From NCBI GenBank assembly GCA_030704615.1, contig CM060732.1, positions 6,882,001-6,946,000 on the forward strand: a stretch of 64,000 nucleotides of DNA. Reading direction: 5' to 3'. This DNA is from Takakia lepidozioides. Taxonomy: Eukaryota; Plantae; Bryophyta. Both the position numbers and the translations under genes were made by a program. Under the pieces are notes generated by a model. It did no database searches. It saw nothing but the letters and a program-made list of their open reading frames with translations, and was not told the DNA's origin. Positions 12,810 to 25,952 of this stretch are shown here, one piece after another; the stretch's first letter is position 1; the number at the start of each line of letters is the position of its first letter.

Positions 12810-14030
12810 ATGAATTTCGGCGCCGAAATTCATCGCTTCCCCAGTCCTCATCCGTCATGAGCCGACCTGTCAGTCGGATATCGGAACCGGAATTAATTCC
12901 GGAACAGTGGAGAACGCTGCATTTGGGCACATTTCATCCATATTTCGGCGCCGAAATTCATTAAGAAGATCTCCGTCCGCACGTAGACGAGGTGAAATCA
13001 TCCATATTTCGACGCTGAAATACATCCAGCGCGAAGAGTAAATCGGCACCATGCTACGCTTTGCTGCCATCATTGCCCCTCACGGTTGCTGTCCATGCCT
13101 GCTGGATTTGCCATGTCTGGACTGTTAAGTATAATTTCGGCGCCGAAATTATACTTTATGTGCTGCAACGTCCTGTACGAAAAATGACCATTTAATGGAT
13201 AGGGTCAGTTTCAAATGAAAACAACGGCTAAAATGCAATTAATTTTCCCCCAACATGAGAAAATATCCCCTTTCGTCATTGGATAACGACCTTTTGAAAG
13301 ACATAAGGGGTGAAATGTGCCGATTTCTCCATTTAATGCAGAATATTCGTGTTTTCTTAGTCTGAATGGGTTATTTCTAACGAATTTCGGAACCTTACAT
13401 CATCCAGAAGCAAGAAGTAAGTGTCGGGTTCGGATGAATTTTGGCGCCGACATTCATCCGTCGCATAGAAAATGTAATATTGGAGTTACCCTTTGCCGAT
13501 AGTAAGGATGAATTTCGGCGCCAAAATTCATCAATTTCAAAGAAAAATAAATATTGGATGGAGGACTTTGGATGAAATTTCGGCACCGAAATCCAGCGCT
13601 CGAACCCTTAAAAGAAATTGGAGGGATGACTTCGGATGAATTTCGGCGCCAAAATTCATCCGCAGGACAGCAGAAGACATTCGATAAAGCAGAAGAAGAA
13701 TGAATTTCGGCGCCGAAATTCACCCCTACTGTCGATTCAGGATAACTCTCATTCGGATGTCGGCACCGAAATCCGGACACATGGTGAATCATGACTCTAA
13801 TCACGAACACATTCATCCGTATTTTGGCTCCAAAATTCATCCCTTATGTGCAGAAACAATTTCATGAAGAACATGTTCATCCAAATTTCGGCACCGAAAT
13901 CCATCCGCCGGTGCTTCCTCAGTTTCATGAGGTGAACTAATTTCGATTTCTGTCGCCGGAATTCATCCCGTGGCTTCCAAATCTGTTACATGACAAAGAT
14001 GTTCATCCGGATTTCGGTGCCGAAATTCAT
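12810..14030. repeat. Dispersed palindromes ATGAATTTCGGCGCCGAAATTCAT upstream of the C transposase
   Basis: Perfect copy at 12810-12833; many variants up to ~14030. Confidence 0.9.
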
Positions 14031-14277
14031 GAGAAGGCATGATTTATTGTAGCCCAACTGGTGGTACATCACAATTCAAGCACCCAATATCCGATGTGAA
14101 TTTGTTGTGGTCGTCCGTATTTCTAACGTACGTTACACACCTTCATCCATACGTGCACTGATCACTCATCCTGTTGGATACAGAATCCTCCAGGAAATGA
14201 TTGTGGTATTATGTAGGACACAGTCTTCTCATTGCGGGATTTCGCTGCGGAGTGTACCGAGAGTTGCGGTCTTCAAC

Positions 14278-17200
14278 ATGGACTCCCGTGTTTGGGTAAA
14301 CGTGTACTTCCATCCTGATTCTCTGAAAGCTAAAATACCCTGCGACCAAGGATATGCGATTGTCACTGAGCAGTACTTATGTATGAAGTTCGGGCTCCGC
14401 CCTGGAACAGTGTTTTTGGAAGAGGAGACGAATGATGCTTATGGAATTTTTTTGGAAAGTGCCGTCATTCTGCATGCAGATTTCGGAAAGGCAAAGAGTG
14501 GCAGCTCCCAGCTTCTGAATCCATCCGGTACAGTGCAATTGGTGAAATCGTGCCTAAAGAGTTCCCACGCTGGAACTTGGTTGATCCTCCTTCCACAAGA
14601 GGGTCTGGCGTGCAAGATGTGAAGTCTGCCATAAAGGATGTGGGCACCTCTTCACAAGCAGAGAAGCCCAAACATATGAAAAGGGAAATCGAGGAAAACA
14701 GGGAAACAGTCGTCCACGACTTATCCAGTGATGATGAAGACTGTATGGTCCTTCCATCGTATGTTTTGAAGTCGTCCGTCACTAGGAGTGTTCAGATGTC
14801 GGCAAACAATGAGCACACACCCTCCGACTCAACTTCCGTCCGCTCAGTAATCGACATATTGCGGAGGATGAAGACAGCGGGTTCCCGCTCCAGTGACCTT
14901 CTTAGGCTTGATTACGACAAAACTCCAATCCATTCTGTGGAAACTTTGCCTGAGGATGGGAATGCTATCTACAAGTTCCCTCCAGTGCCGGCAGGCGCAG
15001 GCCCAGACGGCATGCTGGCAGGAATGAACAGGAAACACGACGGCCACCCTTGGTGTGTCACCAAAACTTCATCGTCCAACCTGGGTGATGGAGTTCGAGT
15101 GAGATATGTATTGTGTGCTGGGCATCTTAAATGTTTCTCGAGCACATGTTACCACTACACGAGCAAAGGCACCCGGAATGAGACAGACTAGATTGGCAAT
15201 TCGTCGACCCCATTTTGGCCTCAAGGTAGAGTTCCTGCAGGGACGTTCCCATTGCAACGCCAAGCAGTACTACGTCGGGACCGTCGGCCCAGCGTGCACC
15301 AGAGCATGCATTCATATCGGAAAGCATGACCACCCCGTCGCCAAAGGCAATTGCAGACTCGCTTTTCAACAAGCCCACAATATTATCAAGGAGGAGGTGA
15401 GGTTGAGGCCGGGAGCAAAACCAAAGCAGATACAGCTCGCCATCGCACATAGAATTGCAATTGGCAGAATAATGTCGGAGGACGGAAGCTTAAGAGAGAA
15501 GCTGGGCGAGGGGGACATGAAGGAGCTGCTGGAAGCTGTCTCCCATGTGTGCAGCCCCAATGTCAAGAACCACATTGTCGGCTGCAAGAAACGAATCGGA
15601 AGAGGATCAGACATGCACTCCATCTTGGAAGTGAAGCGCACATGCGGCTACGATTTCATCCAGGGCAGCTTCTTTCCTGGTCAAGGCTCAGAGACGGACA
15701 GGTGCTTCATATTTAAGATGTCAACGTGCGGACCGGGGAGCGGTGTTGATTTGGTGAAGCGGATGACCAGTGGAGACCTCTCAAATTGTTGGGTCATGTT
15801 CGACCACATCAGGCAAATTACCAACCACGATTGGGTGACAATGGTGGCATATGTATACGACCCATAAAGTTGATGACCATTGCTATCTGCGAAATGAAAG
15901 GAGAAGACACAGATTCGGAGTTGCATATGTGGCGCGGAATTAATGAGCAAATGGCGAGAGCGAAGTTGCCCCCCCGATTTTAGGGGCTTCATGGCTGACA
16001 ATGCCCAGGCGAACTGGGCTGCAGTGAGAAGGGTATATGGGGACGACCCAAAGACTCCAATGGAAGGTAAGGAGAGATCTTACGGGTTTCACTTCATGCA
16101 GAGTTTGACGCAAAAATACGAAAAGTTTGTGCGTCACGCCATCCGGCAGGATCATATCAGTATGTGCCTTGTGTGGAAAAATGCGAATTCCATCGACGAG
16201 GCGGAGACCGAGTTTGCAACCATACGCGCCTGGTGGGTGTCTTCAGGGGCAGTGGATGTGAAAGATCAGCCAGAACTACAAACGTGGCTTGCATGGTGGC
16301 ACTATAGATTCCGGCAGTTTGGAGACTATATGAGACAGGTAACACATTTTTGTACTTGACAATTGTTCTGTTTTGTGCTTGGACATTCTCCACAATGAGT
16401 GACATTTCTAATTTCCTTCAACAAGACATGAGCTTGGAGGATGACACGGATATGCCGACGACGAACATGGCCGAATCGGTGCACTCTTTCTGGCATGCTT
16501 CCTCTACGGCACATCTCGTTGACATGTTGACAGGAACAACAGAAGATATTGTGAGGGCCATCATGCAACAATCTCGTTACTACCAGTTTCTGGGAGGAAA
16601 ACAATGGGGTATCAGACCAGACAGGTAAGAGATGCTGATGAGGGCAGCGCATCGTTTGACTGATCCAAAAAAATGGATTGCTGCATTGCGGGAAACAATA
16701 AGGTCAACGCTGTTACACGGTCGGGGGAACTGCCTGGAGGGCGATGTCCGCAGCCGGCCGGTGAAGAGAAGAATTGAGGACATGCCCGGAGGCGACGGCG
16801 ATTCATGGAGATCAGATATGAACATCCGCACTCAACCTCGGGGCGCAACGATGTTGCATCCCACGCCTCCTCCCAGCAGGACTCGTACCCCCTCTCCTGC
16901 AGCATCCATGGAATCGCTGCCAGACTCGGGACAACATGCCCAGGATGAGCATGCTGCTCCTATTATCATTACCCAATACAACATTCCAATCGTGGAGCGA
17001 GATGTGTCGGCCTCGCAGTGGAGAATTGCATGGACCCGTTCGTCATTTCGTGGCAAATGTTGTGCTGTTCGTGTCGACACCAACCAGAGATGCAATGAGA
17101 TGAATCGGAGGAGCCCGTAGGGCGGTGTGCCTGCCCCTTGCTTCACAGGGAGATTTGTGTGCGCAAAGTTTGTGGAGGCCACACTGAAGGAGTTTGGGTT

Positions 17201-17852
17201 CTGCAGGCATGACATCATGTTGTGTGTGTTCGGCAAGCCCAAGTATGGTGTACAAGGCATGCCTGAACCACCACCAGTCTGGCCTGTGGCAACTGGTACA
17301 GATCTTACCCTGGAGGAGGCAGACGCTCTAGGAAGTGCAGGGTTTTGACTGGTGGAGAGGACAGACGTTCCACGAAATCCAATTCCCAGTCGTCATCCTC
17401 CTCCCACGAGAAGCTCTTCACCCCGCATACCGGTGGGTGACCCCGCAGCATGGCCCACCTAGCGGTGGGGGAAACTGAAAAGACGGCGGTCACCAACAAA
17501 GGCGAATGACACCAGGATGGCCAACGCTCTTACAATGCCCTGCATAGTGCAAGGTTGCAGGGATGTTCCTCACCCCGGGATGGGGCGCATATTTCAGTTG
17601 TCAACAGCCGGGTCTGCTGCACGCAGTGTCGTGTATGCAATCACGGTTTCTCAGTACCCAGCTTGCAACTGTGAGGACTTCCTTGTTATGGAATCAAAGA
17701 ATGCAGCATACGTCCCCTGCAAACACCTTTATTACATTTTTCTGAAGCGCATGAGTTGCATATCCGTAGTGGACGTCTTCATCCATGCTCCAACACTGAG
17801 CTTCAACGAGTTGCACAAGGCCCTACGGCAGGATATAGGTCGGACTGCTTGA
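14278..17852 (+). pseudogene. MULE-type transposase of C (stops and frameshifts)
   Basis: Colinear homolog of the A transposase (RKHDGHPWCVTKT, WVMFDHI, FMADNAQANW, TTNMAESVH, CNCEDF..CKH). In-frame stops at ~15190, ~16627 and ~17119; CxxH is mutated to YGFH. Confidence 0.88.
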
Positions 17853-18537
17853 CATTCCACGTTCGGGAAGGAGAAAGTGGCAATTATATTACATTCATCT
17901 TCTTGCACCCTATTTTTTTGTGAGGAATTATACGCTTGGTGGTGCCCCACCGCCATGGCTCTAGGTGCATTTCGGTGCCGCAATACATGAGAATGTGGTT
18001 TTTGGCCGTCAATGGGATGGGCATGCTTTTTAAATTTTGGTTATGTCTATAAATGGATTCGAGGAAAGCATACATTGTGTGGAGATACACGGGCATTGTG
18101 GCCTATTTCAGCGCCGTTATTGGTTTGTATACTGCATAGTGCTTCCTTGTTACTGCTCTTCATTCAATTTGTGGTGATTTCGCAACCCATCCTGGCGTTT
18201 TCGTCCATCTTTATGAGAAGACTCCGATTTGCTAGCAATACATTGTCAGTGTTCTGCAAATGTGATGCCTTTACAAGATTGCTAGTTCTGTGTCCCAGTG
18301 GGAAGGGTCCTACTGCACATTCCAGCATTTCCATACTGCACCTTGTGCACACAACAATCCATATGACAAAGGACACGTCCCAGCATACTGGCAGTGAATT
18401 GCAAAAAACCTTAACAGAAGATTATCCAAGCATGTATATTCCCCATATGGCACAGGGAAGCTACTTGATTTCTGAAGCAAAATGTATGTGCCATGAGTGT
18501 TGGTGAGTCAAAACATGTCTACTCTAGCACGCAAGAC

Positions 18538-19113
18538 CTATGGTCCCCTCGCCCAAGAAGAATGAACTCGAACTGGCCTCTCAAGGACCTCCTGAGTGAC
18601 CGGGTGCCGATATTTGAACAAAATGTCAGCGGTTTCTGTCGCCCGGTTGAGACTAACGAGGATGTCGTGTTTATCGATAGCGCCCCCTTTGTAGAAGGAC
18701 ATTTTCACAGTGGGCCCTGTGTTCCCCTCCTCCTCATCCTCATAACTGAAGAGAATGTCCCCACTTTCTGAGCCAGTCCGTTCACGCGTGAAGTTTTCAC
18801 CTATGCACTCATCATACGTCCACTCGCAACAGTTCCAGCGATACAACAATGTTGTGCGTGATCTGTTCGGCTCCCACTCAAGCGGAAAGTCCAGGTCCAT
18901 GATGTGCAGGAACCACCTGCTCCCCAGCCGGGGTCCAGGAGAATCGTGCAATCCTGGAAGAAACTCCATTGCTCTCAGTTGGACAAGTCGAGGATCGTCC
19001 CTGTAAACATCTAGGAAGACAATGATGTCGTCTGCTTTCGGGACAATGACTCCCGTCTGGCGTCGATAGATGTGATTTGGGCAAGACATGGCCTCACGAC
19101 ACAGCAAGAACAC
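18538..19113 (-). CDS. Orphan accessory protein (RWNCCxWT family), copy C
   Basis: Aligns by eye over ~160 aa with ORFs 34337-35113 and 48705-49541. Start codon uncertain. Confidence 0.7.
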   Translation of the reverse strand: MFLLCREAMSCPNHIYRRQTGVIVPKADDIIVFLDVYRDDPRLVQLRAMEFLPGLHDSPGPRLGSRWFLHIMDLDFPLEWEPNRSRTTLLYRWNCCEWTYDECIGENFTRERTGSESGDILFSYEDEEEGNTGPTVKMSFYKGGAIDKHDILVSLNRATETADILFKYRHPVTQEVLERPVRVHSSWARGP

Positions 19114-19309
19114 AGAGCAGGGAGGAGATGGGCACAGTAGAAAAGAGTGAAGAGCAAAATGAGAGCGAGGCCGGCGGAAGAGGGATATATCATTGCTGCA
19201 CTGCTAATGTCGTATGCGGCAGAACTTCTATGTCCTCCGTTTTTATTCGACAAATCCACACCAGTTTCAGGACAATTTGCAAAACTCCCTCACCGTAAGG
19301 CGGGTATTT

Positions 19310-19795
19310 GCTCTCCGGAGCCCAATTTTGGCGCCGTTATTGGATGGACTGTGGAAGCTTTAGCCGAGAATTTTGTTTCCGGAGCCCAATTTCGGCGCCG
19401 TTATTGGTTGCACTCCCGAGCCTTCAGCCGGGTATTTGGTTTCCGGACCCCAATTTCGGCGCCGTTATTGGCTGCACTCCGGTGGCTTCAGCCGAGTATT
19501 TGGTTTCCGGGGCCCAATTTCGGCGCCGTTATTGGCTGCACTCCGGAGGCTTCAGCCGGGTATTTGGTTGGCGGAGCCCAATTTCGGCACCGTTATTGGC
19601 TTCACTCCCGAGCCTTCAGCCGGCTATTTCTTTTCCTCTGCCCAATTACGGCGCCATTACACCCAACCATCCTGCACTTCTGCAATAGTACTATCCACGG
19701 TTATAGGTCGCCATTGCAATTTCGGAGTCTACAAACCCGGATCCTAATTCCGCTTGCGTCCTTTCCTCTGGGTAATTTCGGTGCCGTTATTGCCC
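19310..19795. repeat. ~64-bp tandem array of C
   Basis: CCGGAGCCCAATTTCGGCGCCGTTATTGG..CACTCC..CTTCAGCCGGGTATTTGGTT occurs about five times, plus degenerate copies. Confidence 0.9.
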
Positions 19796-20028
19796 AGAAT
19801 TCAATTTTTCTATGACCTGGCCTGGCGGTCCATGAGCTTGGGCTCCAAGTCATGAGCGGATACGGGTACTTATGAGCGGAGTGCTTCCAGCATGAGCGCG
19901 GAAATCTTCGAAAACCTTATCTTCTTATACTACTTTCGATTATTTTATCATTTTGGGCCCGAAAAAAATCTGCCGAAATTCGAAGTGTGTTACTTGGCGG
20001 CTCATGGGTGAGCCATGCCCGCTCATGA

Positions 20029-20450
20029 GTATACACCATTCCAATTAGTTTATGGTATGGAAGCTTTACTTCCAGTGGAATTCTTGTTACCTACCATGAG
20101 AACTGAATGGGGAAAGAGAATGGAATTGGAAGATTCAATTAAGGTCAAGAAACATGAATTATACCATGTGGAAGAAGTACGTGCTGATGCAGCTGATAAC
20201 ATGACCATAATTCAGATGAAGAGGAAGGAACAGTTTGATGAAGGCAAATTAAAGACTTTTAAGACGGGAGATTTGGTTCTCTGGTTGCAGAAGAAGGGGA
20301 AGATTAAAGCTACTAAACTTAAATCACCCTGGAAGGGACCTTATGTCATATAGAAGATGTATGATAACAACACAGCCATGTTACAAACCATTAACAAAGA
20401 GATGTTGGGAAGAGTCAATGCCAATAATTTGAAGGGGTACAGTGGTATCC
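20029..20450 (+). pseudogene. Integrase C-terminal fragment
   Basis: YTPFQLVYGMEALLPVEF ... FKTGDLVL ... KLKSPWKGPYVI (GPY/F module) ... VNANNLKGY. Confidence 0.88.
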
Positions 20451-21412
20451 ATGACAAACCATTGCAGCACGATTTTCATGTTGAAACGCAGAAGCAGTCA
20501 CGGGCTGCGCCAGTGATACCAACGGAGTATGGAGCACTTGTCGCTAAGCCGAGTGTATATGACCAGGGCGGGCAGTACAAGTGTGGCACAGCCTATCACA
20601 GCCCATCACAATGTCACACAGCCTATCACAGCCCATCACAGTGCCACACAGCCTATCACAGCTCAACACAGCCTACCGGGGTTACACAATCCATAGGATC
20701 AGTGACAGGTGGATGTGAATTAACATCCGGAGAGTGGCCGGCGGAAAAGTGGACGGAGGCAGGTTTAGAAATGGACACGTGGACGCCAGGGCGAGACACA
20801 CAACCGGACATGAATTGCAAGAACGAGTGTTATCAAGAAGGAAGACAAAATTGGCCGTCAAAGTACCTACCCGGCACGTTAACCGAAATTTATTCTGGGC
20901 CTATTAATGCATACAGGGAAAGGGTAACGGAACCCTTTACAAGTACCGAAAAGCGAAATCCTTATCACATGTGCTATCCTAGTGGACAGTCCAGGGGGGA
21001 AAATCCACGGAAGGGAATTAAATCACAAAACCAATCACAGAGCCAACAGCCAATCATGAGCCGGAATTACCTGCAGAGGGTATTTTCCAAGAAGCAAGAT
21101 CAAGAATTTAGTGGAATTATGAGCGCAAGAGTCGGCGTGGTTCCGAGTAACAGGCGTCTCGACAGGGGAGACAATCAAAGCTATAGCTTTGAAGCTATGG
21201 CGGAAATAACAGACTACATGCTCGTTTTACTACTTACCCAGTGGCACAAGGACAGACGAACGGAGAGTACATTTTCTCTAAATCGATACTTGCAAGCCCC
21301 ACAGGCTTACAAGCACTTACCCATTTCATTCTGTGCCAACCATACCTTCATGCTCTGTGCCCTACAGGCTTTCCTTCAGTTGTTTCAAACAAAGCCTTTC
21401 TGTTTGTCTAGA

Positions 21413-24400
21413 ATGAAGAGAGTGAGGGGAATGGAGGATATCAGGGTGAAGAGCACGACGATACTGCAGAAGCAAACAATTGCAGCACCGTAGGCACTAC
21501 AGCTGCTAAGGGAGTTGCGATTGGAAGGGCTGCTACGCAAGGACTGGTCCTTGCATCATCGGCAGTTCATGATACAATTTCTTCAGAACTTTGAGCCTCG
21601 GACAGGAGCTACTCAGGTGAGGGGAGTAGATATAGAAATTACTCCCCAGTACCTGCAGTAATTGTTTGATTTGCCATCAGGACATGTGGATGTGGATGAG
21701 CACAGGACAAGATTGCAAATAGGGAATTTGTTCCAAGAAGGGAGTTTATTTAAAACTCAAGGTTTTGCTTGTACCAAAGCCGAGTACCCAGGGCTTAGGG
21801 AAGTTGGCCAAATCTTGAACGTTCTGTTTGCCATGAAACAGAACCAACAGTATTTGAGCAGGTCATTCACAGAGGAGATCCTGAATTGAGGGGAGAGGAT
21901 GTGGCTTGGGCGGAGTTAATGTACAACGGATTGGTGGATGAGATGAAGAAGTTACAGGGCACTGCTACTAAGTCTCCGATCATTGTGTCCGGTCCAGTCA
22001 TTGCCCAAATAATTCTTGATTCTTGCATACTTGATACTCGGGAACGTAAGGAGATGAGAGTGTTTGAGGCAGAAACCACTGCAATTGAAGAGCAAGGCTC
22101 TTCACACAGTGAGGGTGGACTGACAGCGCAACACCAGTCTAAGAGACAAAGGCGGGGTATGACTGTAGTGGCGGATCCACTGGCTTCACGGAAACCGCAC
22201 GATAATGTTTCTCACGCTCTTGTGCAGGAAGTGGCACAACAGCACAGAGAGCTGCTATTATTGGAAGCACGGCCTTCAGAGAGGGAAGAGGAAGTCACTT
22301 CCATACCACAGCCATCACAACCAATTGACTCAGTTGTTTTGGAGGTTCCACAGTTAGTATATTCTGTGACATCACCCCCAATTGCTCTGGAAGGAGAAAG
22401 GTTGGACATTCCCACTACAGAGCAGGTCGTGGCCGAAATTGAGAAGGGTGACCTTCTCTATGAAAACTCTGGCTTGGTAAGGGAATCAATGATTCCAGAG
22501 GTGCAGCGGTTGTCCAGGGGAAACCCTGCTGTGCATGTAATACCCACACCTGTGACGGAGGTACCAGGGGTAGAATATCAAGACACTGCATCACCTGTGG
22601 CGGATGAGGTGGTTCAGGAAGAAAATCTGGTGGGGCAATGGCCTGAATGGTTGGTGAGGCATCACACTGTTGAGGATCAGGGAGAACAGCAGCAAGCTCC
22701 CCATGAAGACCCTCAGCAGGCCATGCTTATGAGTTCCATAAGTAGAACACTTAATTTGTTGGGCACTTATGTGAAATCCCATGTTCCATCTACCCAATTT
22801 GCAGCTTTGAGGGAGGAGCTCAGAAAGGAGTTTGAGGCTTGACTTGCCACTGAGTGTGCAAACAAGGTCGATGAGGAGGTCAATCTCAAGTTATAGCAAG
22901 AGTTAGAAGATACAAAAGCTGCTTTGCAGTTGGCCAAGGAACATTTGATTGAAGCAGGCCTCGCGCAAGACCAGTTGCACGAAGCACATAAACAACAATT
23001 ATACCAAATGCAGGTGAAGCATGAGGGCAAGTTGCAAGAAGTGAATGCACTACATACAGAGTTGTAGGCAGTACATGAGAGGATGACCATACAATGTGCT
23101 ACACTCACAACTACTCTTGAGCAAACTGCATTAGAAGTTAACAGACAAGAGGAGAGATGTATAAAGGCAGAGGCAGAGACAGTCGAGCAGGCGAAACTCA
23201 TTGTTGATATGAAGAATACAATCTGTCGCAATAAGAATACTTTCAAGCAATACAGACAGGTTGAAGCTGACCAAGAGAGGTACATCCTGGAGTTGCAACA
23301 AACGGTCATGGTAAATAGAAATGAACTCTCTGTGGCTAACAAAGCTTGGAAGGAAGCCAATAATCTGGCTGCTGCCTATGCAAGTTTGGTTGAACCTCAT
23401 GCGAAGCGCATGGAGGCTTTATAGCAGCAGTTAGATGTGTACAGGCTCACAGAGGAGCAGACTCTCAGGGGTGCCACACACAACTTGGTGGATAACCACC
23501 TTATGCAGGTCTGGTTAGCACAAGGGCCGGTGGAAGGCAAAACACCACGGAAGCTCACCCAGGGCGAGATGAATGAGCTCAGACTGCAGGTGCAGAACAT
23601 TGCCACAACTACTATAGACAATGTCTATAGTAGGATAGCGGAGCTACAGGAGGATGTAGAAGGCTTGCAGACTCAGGTGGATGACCTGAGTTCAAATATT
23701 GACAAGAGAGTCTTTGTACCTGAGGAGCAGCTAATGGCTACTTATTTACAGGCCAGAACTCTAATTTTTCAGTCTTCTTCGCAAGGGGTGCAGGAGATGC
23801 CAGTGGTAGAAGGGTCAGTGCTACCAATACCACAACAAGTGACTGTGCAGGTAGCTGACCCTGTTGTTACTACAGCCACACCACAGCCTGAGGTATAGGG
23901 GGATGCTGCTTTTAACCCACCTAAGACTCCTGCTGCACGGAGTACAGTCAGGCTATGATTATGCCCTTCAACCAAATTCCCATTGTGTTGGATTTGGCTT
24001 GGAAGGAATTTAGTCCTCCGCAGTCATTGGCACATTACTACCAGATCATGCGCATTTGGCTGCCAGTGGCAACTAGGACTAAGGTTCTTCCGAACAATCG
24101 ACCCGTTGAGGATCATCACTTTGCGAGGTATTGGTCTGAAGCAAGTACCATGTTAAAGGAATTAATTGCCTTCCAAGTTGTACATGGGTACATTTATACC
24201 AAGACCAAGGAGGTAGCAAGTATTGTCATGGGCTGTGGATTATACTATGCTGCTTGTTTTCTGGCACGTTATCACATTGAGCAACAAAGGATGCAATCGC
24301 GATTTCTGAGTTATTCCAGTGGGGATCATTGGGTCTTACCTTCAGTGCCTCATCATATGTACCTATATGAAGCAAAAGTTATGATGCAAAAGGATTCCCA

Positions 24401-24930
24401 ACTTCGTTCATGGTTTCATTCGGCCTGGAACAATTTGACAACACAGAAATTCGGCCCTGACGATATTTTCTTTAAGGGACATGAGGCATGGAAATACTTG
24501 CACTGTTCCCAAGTCATTGGCACACCACTCACCTTTGTATAGACGTGGCTTGCCACCAAATTTGCAATAAAATGTTGCATTTCATTGCTATGACGAGTCC
24601 ACATGACCCTATTTCCGTGCCTCCTAACCCTATTTCCGTGGACACAATTCGGCCCGCTCATGCTTTTTTTTTTTCCGCTCATGCTCATGCCGCTTATGAA
24701 ATAGCAGCCCCCCCTTTACGGACAAGGAGTTCAGGGTGTTCACCAATTTTGCCATTAAGCGCTTACAGCAAGTTGTACAGTTTAAACTTCCAGACATGGT
24801 GGGACCACATTGTATGCCCCAAAGGATTCCAGTTAGAGTTCGACCGTTAAAACACCTCAGGGGGGACAAGGATTCTGATACTACTGTTTCTTCAGCGGAC
24901 TCTTTTGACATGGCAGAAGACTATGCACTA
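21413..24930 (+). pseudogene. Long extra 3' ORF of the gypsy element (coiled-coil, many stops)
   Basis: Chain of sense ORFs broken by stops. The N-terminal 'FLQNFEPRTGATQVRGVDIEITPQYL.LFDLP' resembles Athila-type accessory ORFs. Glu/Gln/Leu-rich coiled-coil at ~22800-23700. Confidence 0.6.
24565..24712 (-). mobile_element. Orphan left terminus of the MULE family, reverse orientation
   Basis: Reverse complement reads GGGGGCTGCTATTTCATAAGCGGCATGAGC..GTGTCCACGGAAATAGGGTTAGG, like 33874-34000. Inner boundary approximate. Confidence 0.8.
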
Positions 24931-25425
24931 TTAGAGGGCTGCTTGGGACTTAGACGCTTTTACGGGATCTGTGGGATACCCTTAATTTTTACACAGACTG
25001 AGACCAGCAGGAGCCTTAGGGGTGACAACAACGGGCTTTAGGGGAGAGATACACAGCCCGACACAGCCGTCACAACCCGTCACAGTCCAACACAGCCCGT
25101 CACAGCTTCGCACAGCCAACACAGCCCGTCACAGCTTCGCACAGTGTTAGAGGACTGTCTGGGACTTAGGCACTTTTACGGGATCTGTGGGGTACCCTTA
25201 ATTTTTGCACAGACTGAGACCAACAGGAGCCTTAGGGGTGATAGCAGTGCACTTTAGGGTGGGGTTACACAGCCCGTCACAGCCAATCACAGCCCGACAC
25301 AGCCCAACACAATCGCACAGCCAATCACAGCCCGACACAGCCCGTCACAGCCCGACACAGTCGCACAGCCAATCACAGCCCGACACAGTCGCACAGCCAG
25401 TCACAGCTTGACACAACTGTCACGA
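24930..25425. repeat. Duplicated ~217-bp unit and CACAGCC-type minisatellite
   Basis: 24930-25030 is repeated at 25146-25245. Runs of cacagccc/cacagcca follow; a similar run lies at 20587-20675. Confidence 0.85.
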
Positions 25426-25568
25426 CCATAGGGAACAAATAGCAGGATATGGAACAACTGTGGGGAACAACATCTGCGAATGGAACATGTTAGTTCACGG
25501 ATGACGGTTAGTGAGGGAAACGGTTAGAACAACGGGTAGGAAGATAAAGCCAGGAGCGAGGACTGAAA

Positions 25569-25676
25569 AATCATCACTTCTTGGGGGGGAGAATCACTTC
25601 TTGGGGGGAGAATCACTTCTTGGGGGAGAATCACTTCTTGGGAAATCACTTCTGGAAGGACTTTGGGGAGGGGAGA
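25569..25676 (+). promoter_or_regulatory. Reiterated polypurine-tract-like motif
   Basis: (aatcacttcttggggggag) about four times, then ggggagggga, at the expected 3' end of a retroelement internal region. Confidence 0.55.
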
Positions 25677-25952
25677 TCACGAATGCAAGAAGTAGAGTTG
25701 TAATGTAGAGCAGAATAGAGATACCATGGCTTCAGCCTGATACTTGATAGATATTGATCTGATACATACTTCATACTCATACTGTGTAGAGAGATCTGAG
25801 TGAAGCTGTGGAATGAATGGATGAGTTGATGGAATCCGATAGATTGCTGAAGCAAACTGATACTTAAATACCAACAGTAAGGTAACTAGTTAACATGAAT
25901 GCGGGAAGGAAAACAAATAGGAAACACCCCCATGATACACTAGCTGTAGGTC

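Larger units (their letters stand above)
12620..20028. mobile_element. MULE-like element copy C (diverged subfamily, truncated at both ends)
   Basis: Has a homologous transposase, the orphan gene and GGCGCC palindromes. Subterminal CATGAGC repeats at 19831-20028 stop at GCTCATGA without the final TIR bases. The left boundary is approximate. Confidence 0.8.

Noticed and set aside
20357-21493. 378-aa ORF as a separate gene
   Set aside because: It is a read-through of the integrase tail, a minisatellite and the start of the extra ORF; no coherent domain.
25699-25876. Firm LTR call for the degenerate gypsy
   Set aside because: Single copy, no recognisable PBS, and not immediately adjacent to the purine tract; kept only as a candidate.
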